Assembly (NCBI GenBank): GCA_045652445.1
Contig: JAZRUJ010000028.1
Location: 3,478 to 67,477 of the forward strand
Source of the DNA: Eubacteriales bacterium
Lineage (GTDB): Bacteria; Bacillota; Clostridia; Oscillospirales; UBA644
DNA length: 64,000 nucleotides
Reading direction: 5' to 3'
Shown: positions 19,922 through 29,227 of the stretch, one piece after another
Layout: the number at the start of each line of letters is the position of its first letter
Numbering within the stretch: position 1 is the stretch's first letter
Position numbers and translations under genes: made by a program
Notes under the pieces: model-generated
The model's database searches: none
Seen by the model: the letters and a program-made list of their open reading frames with translations, nothing else
Told to the model about the DNA's origin: nothing

Positions 19922-20551
19922 ATGAGCAAAAAGTTTGTTATTACAATTGCCCGTCAATTCGGAAGCGGTGGTAGCGAAATCGGTTACCGTTTGGCACAAG
20001 AATTGGGTATCAAATATTATGATAAAGACATTATTGTACAGGCAGCAAAAGAAAGTGGCATGTGCGAACAAGTGGTAGAAATGGAAGAAGAAAAAACCAC
20101 CGGAAGTTTCCTGTATTCCATGGTCCTTGCTCCCCACGCGGCGGCAAATCACTTCCTGAATTGGACGGAAGATTCGCTGAACGACCGGATCTATAAAGCA
20201 CAGGCAACGGTGATTCGCAATGCGGCGGCGAAAGAATCTTGTATCTTTATCGGGCGATGTGCAGACTATCTCTTGTGGGACGAAGCAAATGTTCTCCGCA
20301 TTTTTATTCAGGCTGATTTGGAAGATCGCAAGGCTCGAATTGCCGAAGAAGGCAACCTCACCTTAAACAAAGCGGAAGAAATCATCAAAAAGAAAGATAA
20401 GACCCGTGCCAATTATTATAATTTTCATACCAACAACAAATGGACAAATTTGACCAACTACGATCTTTGCATCAATGTTTCTAAAGTTGGCGGCATCGAT
20501 AATGCGGTTCAACTGATCAAAGATACCATCAACCTGCGATTCAAGGATTAA
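19922..20551 (+). CDS. Cytidylate kinase-like family (AAA-type) protein
   Basis: N-terminal P-loop-like ITIARQFGSGGSEIG and the approximately 200-aa length typical of this family. Confidence 0.65.
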   Translation: MSKKFVITIARQFGSGGSEIGYRLAQELGIKYYDKDIIVQAAKESGMCEQVVEMEEEKTTGSFLYSMVLAPHAAANHFLNWTEDSLNDRIYKAQATVIRNAAAKESCIFIGRCADYLLWDEANVLRIFIQADLEDRKARIAEEGNLTLNKAEEIIKKKDKTRANYYNFHTNNKWTNLTNYDLCINVSKVGGIDNAVQLIKDTINLRFKD

Positions 20552-20558
20552 AAATCAA

Positions 20559-20584
20559 GGGGACAGAAGCCTCTGTCCCCTTTT
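20559..20584 (+). terminator. Weak intrinsic terminator or processing hairpin immediately 5' of tRNA-Arg
   Basis: Stem GGGGACAGA / TCTGTCCCC (9 bp), loop AGCC, then only four T residues. The tRNA begins 6 nt after the T-run. Confidence 0.55.
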
Positions 20585-20589
20585 CACAC

Positions 20590-20664
20590 GCCCTCATAGT
20601 TAAATGGATATAACAAGCCCCTCCTAAGGGCTAGTTACAGGTTCGATTCCTGTTGGGGGTGCCA
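20590..20664 (+). tRNA. tRNA-Arg (anticodon CCT)
   Basis: Cloverleaf built by hand. Acceptor stem GCCCTCA / TGGGGGT, anticodon stem AGCCC / GGGCT with loop CTCCTAA, T-arm ACAGG TTCGATT CCTGT, and an encoded CCA end. Confidence 0.9.
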
Positions 20665-20669
20665 AAAGA

Positions 20670-20700
20670 GCCGAGAACTGAAACGTTTTCGGCATTTTTA
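20670..20700 (+). terminator. Intrinsic terminator after tRNA-Arg
   Basis: Stem GCCGAGAAC / GTTTTCGGC (one G-U pair), loop TGAAAC, followed by ATTTTTA. Confidence 0.7.
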
Positions 20701-20796
20701 CTATCAAAAACTTTTTTCTTGAGCAGAAATAATGATTAAAATTCTTGTAACGTTTTGGTAATTTTCGAATCTATTAGTTGAAAGGACGGTGAAACT

Positions 20797-21273
20797 GTGA
20801 TTGAATTTGAGAAACTTTTTAACGAAAACCGAGATTTCATTTTCAAATATCTGATGAAAATGACAAGGGATCATTCATTATCCGACGAGTTGACACAAGA
20901 AACTTTTTTTCGCGCATATATGAACGGTTCCTCTCTTCGCAACAAAGAAAAAGCGCCTGCCTGGCTCTGCCAAATCGCAAAAAACACCTATTACGCTTGG
21001 TACAACGAACAAAAGAAAAACCACTCTTTGGAAAATTTTGAACTCGTCCAAGATGAAGAAAATCTCGAAGAAGTGTTCGTGCAAAAAGAACTTTCCCAAA
21101 AAGCTCTGATTTGCTTGCATGAATTAGAGGAGCCTTACAAGGAAGTGTTTATGCTTTCTGTGTTCGGAAATTTTTCATTGAAAGAAATCAGTTCTATATT
21201 CGGGAAAAGCGAAAGCTGGGCACGGGTCACGTTTTACCGAGCCAAACAAAAACTATCGGAAAGAATGAGGTAA
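20797..21273 (+). CDS. ECF-type RNA polymerase sigma-70 factor
   Basis: 158 aa, GTG start. Region 2 (DELTQETFFRAY) and the region 4 HTH (SLKEISSIFGKSESWARVTFYRAKQKL) are present. Confidence 0.85.
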   Translation: MIEFEKLFNENRDFIFKYLMKMTRDHSLSDELTQETFFRAYMNGSSLRNKEKAPAWLCQIAKNTYYAWYNEQKKNHSLENFELVQDEENLEEVFVQKELSQKALICLHELEEPYKEVFMLSVFGNFSLKEISSIFGKSESWARVTFYRAKQKLSERMR

Positions 21274-21277
21274 TTAC

Positions 21278-21907
21278 ATGAATTGCAACGTTGTAAAAGA
21301 TTTAATTCCGCTTTACATCGACGGTTGTTGTAGTGAAGAAAGCAAAAAAATCATTGAAGAACACATAAAAACTTGCAACTCTTGCAAAACACTTTTGAAA
21401 GAAATGAATACACCCCAGGATTTTGCAACAGAATTACAGACACCATTAAAACTCCGTAAAATCAATGATTGGAAAGCATCTGTTTTACAGTCGATTTTGT
21501 TGTTCTTATCCTTTGCCCTGATTACGTTGGGGGTTTCCCTAGAAGCAAGTACTCCTCTGGGGCTAAGCAACGGTTTTTGGGCAATCAACCTTGTCATTCC
21601 CTCAACCGGATTTATGCTTTCGTTGGCAAACTGGTATTTTGTCAGAATTTATAAGAACAGGAAAACGTTTACGAATTGCTCTCTGATTGCGACCCTAGGA
21701 ATCACAGTCTGTGCTTTTGTTTGGGCAGGGTTCCATTATAAATTTAATCTCCTTGAACTATTTTCGGGAGTAAGTTTCGAAGTTTTCTTGGAAATTTTAT
21801 CTTCGATCTTACTTATCAATGGGATCGGAATCTTTTTTACCATTGTTTTCTGCATTTTATCCAAGACCCTCTCTAATGAATATGCAAAAATGCTGGGGAA
21901 AGAGTGA
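21278..21907 (+). CDS. Membrane anti-sigma factor with N-terminal zinc-finger (zf-HC2-like) domain
   Basis: It starts 4 nt after the sigma gene. The N-terminus reads CNVVKDLIPLYIDGCCSEES...HIKTCNSCK and is followed by multiple TM segments. Confidence 0.7.
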   Translation: MNCNVVKDLIPLYIDGCCSEESKKIIEEHIKTCNSCKTLLKEMNTPQDFATELQTPLKLRKINDWKASVLQSILLFLSFALITLGVSLEASTPLGLSNGFWAINLVIPSTGFMLSLANWYFVRIYKNRKTFTNCSLIATLGITVCAFVWAGFHYKFNLLELFSGVSFEVFLEILSSILLINGIGIFFTIVFCILSKTLSNEYAKMLGKE

Positions 21908-21917
21908 GTGATTTCCG

Positions 21918-22622
21918 ATGAAACGGACCATCCCAGTCTTAATATGCCTGTTGTTTGCATTAACCGTGCTGCTTCCAACAGGAACCTTGATTTCCGCCTG
22001 TTTCGGATATTATTTTGTGCTGACCAGCGTTCCCGCTTTTGCAATTACCACGTCGATCATATCGGTTTGCACGGCTATCCTGAGCTGTATATTCCATTGC
22101 TCATTAGAGAACCAAACCATTCGTGTTTTAACAGCCTTGATCGCCCCCTTATCGTTTATCAATTCTGCTTTTTACCTGTTTGAGTGCAATCAACCGAGCG
22201 TAATCATAAGTGTTTTTGTGTCCACCGTATGTTGTTGCATATTGGCAGTTCAACACGGAAAACCATTGGCGCTCAAAATCGCAGCATTGGCATCTGCCAT
22301 GCTCATGATATTACCCTTAGGGTTTTTCTGTTTTCTTGCCATTCTTTTTGGAGATTTTTCAAGCAATACCGTGGTGCAAACCGTGGAATCCCCAAATGGA
22401 GAATATTATGCTCAACTTATTGCTAATGATCAGGGTGCATTAGGGGGAAGCACGATTGTTGAAGTGTGCCAGAACCATAAAATCAATTTGGTGCTTTTCA
22501 AGACAGAAAAGAAGCCGCGGAGAGTTTACGTGGGCGACTGGGGAACCTTTGAAAGCATGGAAATTTATTGGAAAGACAATCATCACTTGATGATTGGCAG
22601 TACCGAATACGAGATAGATTAG
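21918..22622 (+). CDS. Polytopic membrane protein with C-terminal extracytoplasmic domain (DUF5412-like), function unknown
   Basis: About 5 TM segments, then ESPNGEYYAQLIANDQGALGGSTIVEV...MEIYWKDNHHLMI. It is the third gene of the ECF module, 10 nt after the anti-sigma gene. Confidence 0.45.
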   Translation: MKRTIPVLICLLFALTVLLPTGTLISACFGYYFVLTSVPAFAITTSIISVCTAILSCIFHCSLENQTIRVLTALIAPLSFINSAFYLFECNQPSVIISVFVSTVCCCILAVQHGKPLALKIAALASAMLMILPLGFFCFLAILFGDFSSNTVVQTVESPNGEYYAQLIANDQGALGGSTIVEVCQNHKINLVLFKTEKKPRRVYVGDWGTFESMEIYWKDNHHLMIGSTEYEID

Positions 22623-22652
22623 CACATTACTTAACGAACTCAAAAAGATTTA

Positions 22653-22690
22653 ATAAGCGCTTACAATTGTAAGTGCTTATTTCTTTTTTA
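22653..22690 (+). terminator. Intrinsic terminator after the ECF module
   Basis: Long stem ATAAGCGCTTACA / TGTAAGTGCTTAT followed by TTCTTTTTT. Confidence 0.75.
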
Positions 22691-22743
22691 CTAATTTTTG
22701 CAACGAAATTGTCAACAAAATTATGAACTGTAAAAAGCGACCG

Positions 22744-22772
22744 TTGACAGGGTATATATAATATGTTATAAT
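22744..22772 (+). promoter_or_regulatory. Consensus sigma-A promoter of xpt
   Basis: TTGACA, 17-nt spacer, TATAAT. Confidence 0.7.
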
Positions 22773-22880
22773 ACATTTATAATTCGACAATATTTCTTGT
22801 GACATACCACATATTTGATATAATCTACACGGTTGAACCATAAAATCGATTTCCGTGCATTTCCCTGTGGCATGGAATTC

Positions 22881-22914
22881 GACAGACTCCCTATCAGTCT
22901 GTCGTTTTTATTTT
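22881..22914 (+). terminator. Leader (attenuator) terminator inside the xpt 5' UTR
   Basis: Stem GACAGACT / AGTCTGTC, loop CCCTATC, then GTTTTTATTTT. It ends 20 nt before the xpt start codon. Upstream alternative pairings exist (CACGG 22828-32 or GCATGG 22870-75 with CCGTGC 22853-58). Confidence 0.7.
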
Positions 22915-22933
22915 AGCATATTTGGAGGCACCC

Positions 22934-23515
22934 ATGAAAGCAATGGAAGAAAAAATCCGGAAGGAAGGCAAGGTCTTCCCCGGTCATATTTTAAAAGTGG
23001 GCAGTTTTTTGAACCACCAGTTGGATACCGCCTTTTTGACGGAAGTGGGAAAAGAAATTGCAGATCTTTATAAAGACGAAAAAATCGACAAGGTCGTTAC
23101 CATTGAGACTTCCGGAATTGCAGTTGCATTTGCGGCGGCACAATTTATCGGAGTTCCCGTGGTCTATGCAAAAAAGCATAAATCTTCCAATCTTCCCCCG
23201 GATCTGTATTCCGCTATTGTTCATTCCTTTACTCACAATACAGACTATACCGTTTATATCAGCAAAGATTATCTTCAAAAAGGAGAAAACGTTCTGATCG
23301 TAGACGATTTTCTTGCCGTTGGGAATGCTTTAAACGGACTGATGGACATGGTAAAGCAAGCCGGAGCGAATACCGTCGGAATTGCTACAGCCATCGAAAA
23401 AGGATTCCAGGGCGGCGGTGACGCGATTCGTCAAAAAGGAATTCGAGTAGAATCCATGGCAATCATTGACGAAATGACCGATACAGACCTCGTCTTCCGC
23501 CCCCAAGAACGCTAA
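22934..23515 (+). CDS. xpt: Xanthine phosphoribosyltransferase
   Basis: MKAMEEKIRKEGKVFPGHILKVGSFLNHQLD... matches the Xpt N-terminus. The PRPP loop is VLIVDDFLAVGNA. GGAGG lies 6 nt upstream of the ATG at 22934. Confidence 0.9.
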   Translation: MKAMEEKIRKEGKVFPGHILKVGSFLNHQLDTAFLTEVGKEIADLYKDEKIDKVVTIETSGIAVAFAAAQFIGVPVVYAKKHKSSNLPPDLYSAIVHSFTHNTDYTVYISKDYLQKGENVLIVDDFLAVGNALNGLMDMVKQAGANTVGIATAIEKGFQGGGDAIRQKGIRVESMAIIDEMTDTDLVFRPQER

Positions 23516-23584
23516 CCGTGATATGTAATTTTTTTACATATAAATTTTGAAAAATTTTTGCTTAACAGCAAGGAGGAAAACAAA

Positions 23585-24844
23585 ATGAAAAAGATTTTCG
23601 CACTTCTGCTGGTTCTTTGCTTGGCGACTGCCCTGTTTGTGGGTTGTGCTCCTGCCGAAGAATCCGCAAAACTCAAAGTTGGCGTAATTCTGATCGGTGA
23701 TAAAAACGAAGGTTACACCTACGCTCACATCAAGGGAATCCGTGACGCCGTTGCTGCTTTGGGCGAAGACAAGATCGAAGTGATCTGGAAGTACAACGTC
23801 GCTGACGACACCGACGCTGCTTATCCTGCAGCAACCGACCTGGTTGAACAGGGTTGTACCTACATCTTCTCCAACTCCTACGGTCATCAGAGCCACATTC
23901 TCCGTGCCGCAAAGGAAAACCCCGAAGTAAACTTTGTTGCCGTTACCGGTGACACCGCAAAAAATGAAAATCTCCCCAACTTCTCCAACGCTTTCAATGC
24001 TACTTACCAGTCCCGTTACGTTTCCGGTGTTGTTGCAGGTATGAAGATCAAGGAATTGGTCGAAGGCAACAAACTGTCCGACAAAAACTACGATGCTGAC
24101 GGCAACGTTAAAGTCGGTTACGTAGGTGCTTTCCCCTACGCTGAAGTTGTTTCCGGCTACACCGCTTTCTATCTGGGCGTAAAATCTGTTTATGACAAAG
24201 TTGTTATGAACGTTTCCTACACCAACTCTTGGTTCGATCCTATCGGCGAAGGTGCTGCTGCGGAAGCTTTCATCGCTGACGGTTGTGTCGTTATTTCTCA
24301 GCACGCAGACTCCACCGGTGCTCCTTCTGCCGTCCAGGCGAAGAACAAGGCCGGTACCGTTGTTTACTGTGTTGGTTACAACATTGACATGATTTGCGTT
24401 GCTCCCGATGCTGCCCTGACCTCCGCTACCAACGACTGGTCCGTATACTACACCTATGCTATCGGACAGGCTCTGAAGGGCGAAGCGATTGCAACCAACT
24501 GGTCCAAGGGTTACAGTGACGGTGCTGTCGGCATCACCGCTCTCGGTACTGCTGCCGCTGCCGGTACTGCTGAAAAAGTTGCTACCGTAGAAGCCGCTCT
24601 GAAAGACGGTTCTTTGAAAGTATTCGATACTGCTACCTTCACCGCAAAAGCTGCTGACGGCGTTAAAGTTGACGAAAACGGCAAGGTTACCGAATACCTG
24701 GCTGACATCAACGGCGACTTTGTTGGCGAAACCAACGTCCTGAAAGACGGTTACATCGATGAATCCAACTCCGATGATTTCCGCAGTGCTCCTTACTTCG
24801 CTCTGCGTATCGACGGCATCATCGAAAACGTTAAAGCTGAATAA
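23585..24844 (+). CDS. BMP-family (PnrA-like) nucleoside-binding ABC transporter lipoprotein
   Basis: Lipoprotein signal MKKIFALLLVLCLATALFVGC followed by a Bmp-type periplasmic binding domain. I set the start at 23585, which follows AGGAGG. Confidence 0.85.
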   Translation: MKKIFALLLVLCLATALFVGCAPAEESAKLKVGVILIGDKNEGYTYAHIKGIRDAVAALGEDKIEVIWKYNVADDTDAAYPAATDLVEQGCTYIFSNSYGHQSHILRAAKENPEVNFVAVTGDTAKNENLPNFSNAFNATYQSRYVSGVVAGMKIKELVEGNKLSDKNYDADGNVKVGYVGAFPYAEVVSGYTAFYLGVKSVYDKVVMNVSYTNSWFDPIGEGAAAEAFIADGCVVISQHADSTGAPSAVQAKNKAGTVVYCVGYNIDMICVAPDAALTSATNDWSVYYTYAIGQALKGEAIATNWSKGYSDGAVGITALGTAAAAGTAEKVATVEAALKDGSLKVFDTATFTAKAADGVKVDENGKVTEYLADINGDFVGETNVLKDGYIDESNSDDFRSAPYFALRIDGIIENVKAE

Positions 24845-25002
24845 TTCAGATACGTTACAAATCAATAAGGGAGGTCCCCTCCGGGACTTCCCTTATTTGG
24901 TACTTATATATGCCGAAACGGACGGAGCCCCCGTCTAATTCGGTACAACAAAACGTAATACAAAATCTCCCATATAGGAAATAAAACAAAGGAGTTCTGC
25001 CC

Positions 25003-26586
25003 ATGGAAAAGTCCAGTGCCATTCGCCTGGAAAACGTAACGAAAACCTTTGGTTCGGTCGTTGCGAATAAAGACATCTGCCTCGATATTCGAAGCGGAGA
25101 AATTCTTTCTTTGCTAGGAGAAAACGGAAGCGGAAAAACCACACTGATGAATATGCTGTCGGGAATTTATTATCCCGATGCCGGTAAAATTTACGCTTAT
25201 GGAAAAGAAGTTTCCATTCGCTCTCCGAAGGATGCGTTTGACCTGCATATCGGTATGATTCACCAACACTTTAAGTTGGTGGACATCTTTACTGCTGCAG
25301 AAAATGTGGTTTTAGGCAGTGGCTCCGGTAAAAAAGAAAACCTGAAAGCCGCTACCGCCAAGATTCGTGAAATTTGCGACAAATACGGATTTGACGTAGA
25401 CCCGAATCAAAAGGTATATAACATGTCCGTTTCTCAAAAGCAGACCCTGGAAATCGTAAAAGTTTTGTATCATGGGGCAGAAATTTTAATTTTGGACGAA
25501 CCTACCGCGGTTCTCACCCTACAAGAAACAGAGAAGCTTTTTGCCGTTCTTCGGAATATGAAAGAAGCGGGAAAAGCAATCGTTATTATTACCCATAAAC
25601 TGAACGAAGTTTTGAGTATTTCCGACCGTGTTTCTATCCTGCGTCGGGGAGAATATATCGGAACGGTGGACACAAAAGACGCCACCGAACTTTCCTTGAC
25701 CGAAATGATGGTGGGCAAAAAGGTCAGCCTGGATATTGCCCGTCCTATGGTGGAAAAGAAAAAACCCTTGCTTGAAATCCGTGATCTTTCCATTAAAAAC
25801 GATGAAGGTCACACTGCCATCGAGGACGTTAATTTTTATATTCGAGGCGGGGAAATCCTTGGGGTTGCCGGAATTGCCGGTTGCGGTCAAAAAGAACTTT
25901 GCGAAGCAATTGCGGGACTTCGGAAAATTGAAAAAGGTATGATGATTCATCAGGGAGAAGATATTTCTACCATGTCTCCCAAGCAAATTTTGGAAAAAGG
26001 CATTTCCATGAGCTTTATTCCGGAAGACCGTCTAGGCATGGGGCTTGCACCTTCTCTATCCATTACCGACAACATGATTTTAAAGACCTATTCCGAAGGA
26101 TTCTCTCCCTTGGTCAACCGAAAAAAAGGTCGTCAGGAAGCAGAAAAAATCATTCAAGATTTGGGCGTAGTTACCCCGTCTACCGAAACTCCCGTTCGCA
26201 GACTTTCGGGAGGGAACGTGCAGAAAGTATTGCTTGGCAGAGAAATCAAGAGCGGTCCTAATGTGATCATTACCGCCTATCCCGTTCGCGGATTAGATAT
26301 CAACTCTTCTTACTTAATCTACGATATTCTCAACCAACAAAAAATGAAAGACGTGGGTATTCTCTTTATCGGAGAAGATTTGGACGTTATGCTGTCCCTG
26401 TGCGATAAAATCATGGTTCTCTGTCACGGGAAAGTCATGGGGATTGTTAATGCAGAAAATACGTCCAAAGAAGAACTGGGACTGATGATGACCGGTACCA
26501 TCAATTTGACGGAAGCCCGGACAACCGACGAGAAAAAGCCGGGAATTGCAAAAGACTCTTACATTAAGGAGGGTGACCATGAGTAA
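25003..26586 (+). CDS. ABC transporter ATP-binding protein with duplicated ATPase domains
   Basis: Two nucleotide-binding domains. Walker A is GENGSGKTT, with signature and Walker B motifs (ILILDEPT), and a degenerate second Walker A (GIAGCGQKE), as in RbsA/NupO-type proteins. Confidence 0.9.
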   Translation: MEKSSAIRLENVTKTFGSVVANKDICLDIRSGEILSLLGENGSGKTTLMNMLSGIYYPDAGKIYAYGKEVSIRSPKDAFDLHIGMIHQHFKLVDIFTAAENVVLGSGSGKKENLKAATAKIREICDKYGFDVDPNQKVYNMSVSQKQTLEIVKVLYHGAEILILDEPTAVLTLQETEKLFAVLRNMKEAGKAIVIITHKLNEVLSISDRVSILRRGEYIGTVDTKDATELSLTEMMVGKKVSLDIARPMVEKKKPLLEIRDLSIKNDEGHTAIEDVNFYIRGGEILGVAGIAGCGQKELCEAIAGLRKIEKGMMIHQGEDISTMSPKQILEKGISMSFIPEDRLGMGLAPSLSITDNMILKTYSEGFSPLVNRKKGRQEAEKIIQDLGVVTPSTETPVRRLSGGNVQKVLLGREIKSGPNVIITAYPVRGLDINSSYLIYDILNQQKMKDVGILFIGEDLDVMLSLCDKIMVLCHGKVMGIVNAENTSKEELGLMMTGTINLTEARTTDEKKPGIAKDSYIKEGDHE

Positions 26587-27685
26587 TTTTCAAACAAAAA
26601 CGAAAGAACCCCTCCTGCGAATCGTCAAACGGGATGGCATGAAGGGTTGGCAAGGCTGGTTAATTCGCAGCGGTGCCTTGTTGGTTGCATTGATCATCTG
26701 TGCCTTGTTCGTCTTTGCAATTACAAAACTTAACCCTATATCAGTCTATGAATCCATGGCAAAAGGTGCGTTTGGAACGACTCGCCGAACTTGGATTACA
26801 TTCCAGGACACGGCAATTTTGCTGTGCGTTGCACTGGGCCTTGCTCCCGCATTTAAAATGAAATTCTGGAACATCGGTGCAGAAGGTCAAATTCTGGTAG
26901 GCGGGATAGCCACCGCGGCATGCATGATCTATTTTGGAGACACTCTTGCCCCCTGGCTCACCATTCTTCTTATGGTAGTAACTTCTGTTTTGGCCGGTGC
27001 AATTTGGGGTCTTATTCCCGCATTGTTCAAGGCAAAATGGAACACAAACGAAACTCTGTTCACCTTGATGATGAACTATATTGCCATTCAGTTGACCATG
27101 TTTTTCGTTGCAAAATGGGAAAACCCCAAGGGATCCAATACCGTCGGGATCATCAACCCAAATACCAAGGGAGGTTGGTTGCCGGAAATCGGATCGAACC
27201 GTATGGTTTCCCCTTATGTTTTTCCGGTTTTGATCGTTTTGGGAATTACAGTCTTTATGTTCTTCTATTTGCGAAACAGTAAACAAGGCTATGAAATTTC
27301 CATCGTCGGGGACAGTGAAAACACCGCACGGTATGCAGGGATGAACGTTAAAAAAATCATTCTTCGCACCATGCTTCTCTCCGGCGGCATTTGTGGGATT
27401 GCCGGGTTTATCAGCGTTGCAGGCGTAAGCCACACCATTTCTACCAACACTTCCGGAGGCCGTGGATTTACGGCAATTATCGTTGCTTGGTTGGCGAAAT
27501 TCAACGCCTTCGTTATGATTTTCTTCTCCCTTCTTCTCATTTTCCTGGAAAAGGGTGCATCACAAATTGCATCCGACTACGGTCTGAACAATGAAGCCTC
27601 CCAAATCATGAAGGGAATTATTCTTTTCTTTGTTTTGGGTAGTGAATTTTTCATCAACTATCGCTTAATTTTCCGTAAAAAATAA
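26579..27685 (+). CDS. ABC transporter permease (BMP/nucleoside type)
   Basis: Polytopic membrane protein. The ATG at 26579 overlaps the end of the ATPase gene and follows AAGGAGGG. Confidence 0.85.
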   Translation: MSNFQTKTKEPLLRIVKRDGMKGWQGWLIRSGALLVALIICALFVFAITKLNPISVYESMAKGAFGTTRRTWITFQDTAILLCVALGLAPAFKMKFWNIGAEGQILVGGIATAACMIYFGDTLAPWLTILLMVVTSVLAGAIWGLIPALFKAKWNTNETLFTLMMNYIAIQLTMFFVAKWENPKGSNTVGIINPNTKGGWLPEIGSNRMVSPYVFPVLIVLGITVFMFFYLRNSKQGYEISIVGDSENTARYAGMNVKKIILRTMLLSGGICGIAGFISVAGVSHTISTNTSGGRGFTAIIVAWLAKFNAFVMIFFSLLLIFLEKGASQIASDYGLNNEASQIMKGIILFFVLGSEFFINYRLIFRKK

Positions 27686-27703
27686 GAAAGGGGGATCTAT
27701 CTT

Positions 27704-28717
27704 ATGAATTTTGACTCTTGGATTCAATGGTTTCAATCCGCGGTTTTCTTCGGGACGGTTATCATGTTCGGTTGCACCGGTGAAATCTTGACTGAAAAAT
27801 CCGGGAACCTGAACCTTGGGATCCCCGGAACCATGTACTTGGGCGGAATTGCAAGTCTTATCGGCACATTCTTCTACGAAAACGCCTGTATAAAGGCTGG
27901 TATTACTCCGAATCCCATTCTCTGTGTCCTGATTGCCTTTGTCTGTGCGTTTCTTGCAGGTGCTTTGGGCGGTTTGATTTACAGTTTCTTGACCACAACC
28001 CTGCGAGCAAATCAAAACGTAACGGGGCTTACCTTGACCATTTTCGGAGCCGGAGTTGCAAACTTCTTCGGAGGTTCTCTGAACAAATTGGCAGGGGGCG
28101 TTGGACAAATTTCCATCGCCGCAACCAGCGAAGCATTCCGAACAACCGTACCCTTTGCAAATACCACGGGTGCTTTTGGAAAACTATTTTTATCTTATGG
28201 ATTTTTGGCATATCTTGCCGTTGCGGTTTCGATTGCCATGGCAATTTTCCTAAAAAAATCCCATGCCGGATTAAACTTGCGAGCCGTTGGAGAAAACCCT
28301 GCGACCGCAGACGCCGCCGGAATCAACGTTGCCAAGTATCAATATCTCTCCACCTGCATCGGTTGTGGGATTGCCGGATTGGGTGGTCTTTACTACGTGG
28401 TAGACTACACGAAGGGAACTTGGGCAAACGACGGAACCATCGAAACTCTGGGCTGGCTTGCTGTAGCATTGGTTATCTTTACCACATGGAAACCGTTAAA
28501 TGCTATCTGGGGTTCCTACCTGTTTGGCATGCTTTACTGGATGTTCCTTTATACGGAACTGTTTGGATTCTCCCTGACTCGTAGTTCTATGCCTATCTTC
28601 CGAATGTTGCCCTATCTGGCAACGGTCTTGGTTTTGATCCTGACCAGCATTCGTAAAAAACGGGAAGACCAACCCCCCGCAAACTTGGGTCTGCCCTATT
28701 TCCGGGAAGAACGGTAA
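27704..28717 (+). CDS. ABC transporter permease (BMP/nucleoside type), second subunit
   Basis: Polytopic membrane protein and the last gene of the bmp ABC operon. Confidence 0.85.
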   Translation: MNFDSWIQWFQSAVFFGTVIMFGCTGEILTEKSGNLNLGIPGTMYLGGIASLIGTFFYENACIKAGITPNPILCVLIAFVCAFLAGALGGLIYSFLTTTLRANQNVTGLTLTIFGAGVANFFGGSLNKLAGGVGQISIAATSEAFRTTVPFANTTGAFGKLFLSYGFLAYLAVAVSIAMAIFLKKSHAGLNLRAVGENPATADAAGINVAKYQYLSTCIGCGIAGLGGLYYVVDYTKGTWANDGTIETLGWLAVALVIFTTWKPLNAIWGSYLFGMLYWMFLYTELFGFSLTRSSMPIFRMLPYLATVLVLILTSIRKKREDQPPANLGLPYFREER

Positions 28718-28720
28718 CAA

Positions 28721-29227
28721 TCAATACAACAAATTGATTATTACAACCGATATCAACAATGTAATTATATCGCAAACAACGGCACAGGTAAGAAGTTTTC
28801 CTGTGCCGTGTTGTTTTGTTCGGGGAAGGTAAATTCCCAGGGTATAGAATGTGGTTTCGGTAGACGCAGACAGGACGGCGGCCATTCTTCCAATCAGGGA
28901 ATCTGCACCGTAGGTAACAAGTAAATCTTCGCAAACCGACAATGCCCCGCCGCCGGACAGGGGGCGAACCAAAGCAAGAGGGAGAATTTGGGGAGGGATG
29001 GAAAGAATTTGACAAATTGGCGAAAGCACGGAAATCAAAATATCCATGGCTCCGGAAGAACGAAATACAGCAACCGAGGTCAACATCAATAGCAGGGTTG
29101 GGAAAATCTGCATACAGACTTTGAGTCCATCCTTAACACCGTCGCAAAAAAGAGAAAAAACCGGGACTTTTCGAATTAATCCATAACCAAACACAAAAAT
29201 CATTAAAACCGGCAAAATTACACTCAT
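28721..29227 (-). CDS. spmB: Spore maturation protein B
   Basis: Nucleoside-recognition-type membrane protein beginning MSVILPVLMIFVFGYGLIRKVPVF. Its ATG overlaps the spmA stop (ATGA). Confidence 0.8.
   Translation of the reverse strand: MSVILPVLMIFVFGYGLIRKVPVFSLFCDGVKDGLKVCMQIFPTLLLMLTSVAVFRSSGAMDILISVLSPICQILSIPPQILPLALVRPLSGGGALSVCEDLLVTYGADSLIGRMAAVLSASTETTFYTLGIYLPRTKQHGTGKLLTCAVVCDIITLLISVVIINLLY

Noticed and set aside
18959-20152. 397-aa minus-strand ORF spanning galE and the cytidylate-kinase-like gene
   Set aside because: It is antisense to two well-supported genes and crosses their intergenic gap. The product is low-complexity (F/N/V/G-rich) with no motifs or RBS. It is a typical shadow ORF of codon-biased genes.
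20746-20771. ECF-type autoregulatory promoter (TGTAAC ... CGAATC) upstream of the ECF sigma gene
   Set aside because: The motifs resemble ECF -35/-10 elements, but the spacer is only 14 nt against the roughly 16-17 nt I recall for ECF promoters. This is not enough support to call it.
22780-22880. Canonical guanine/purine riboswitch expected upstream of xpt
   Set aside because: I could not place P1-P2-P3 or find the conserved loop and junction strings by eye. I therefore did not annotate a purine riboswitch. A covariance-model search is needed, and the leader is reported as an open finding instead.
23534-24865. 443-aa minus-strand ORF opposite the BMP lipoprotein gene
   Set aside because: It is an exact antisense shadow of a gene with a clear lipoprotein signal and RBS. 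The translation is repetitive (V/G/S/N/F-rich) and lacks start signals.
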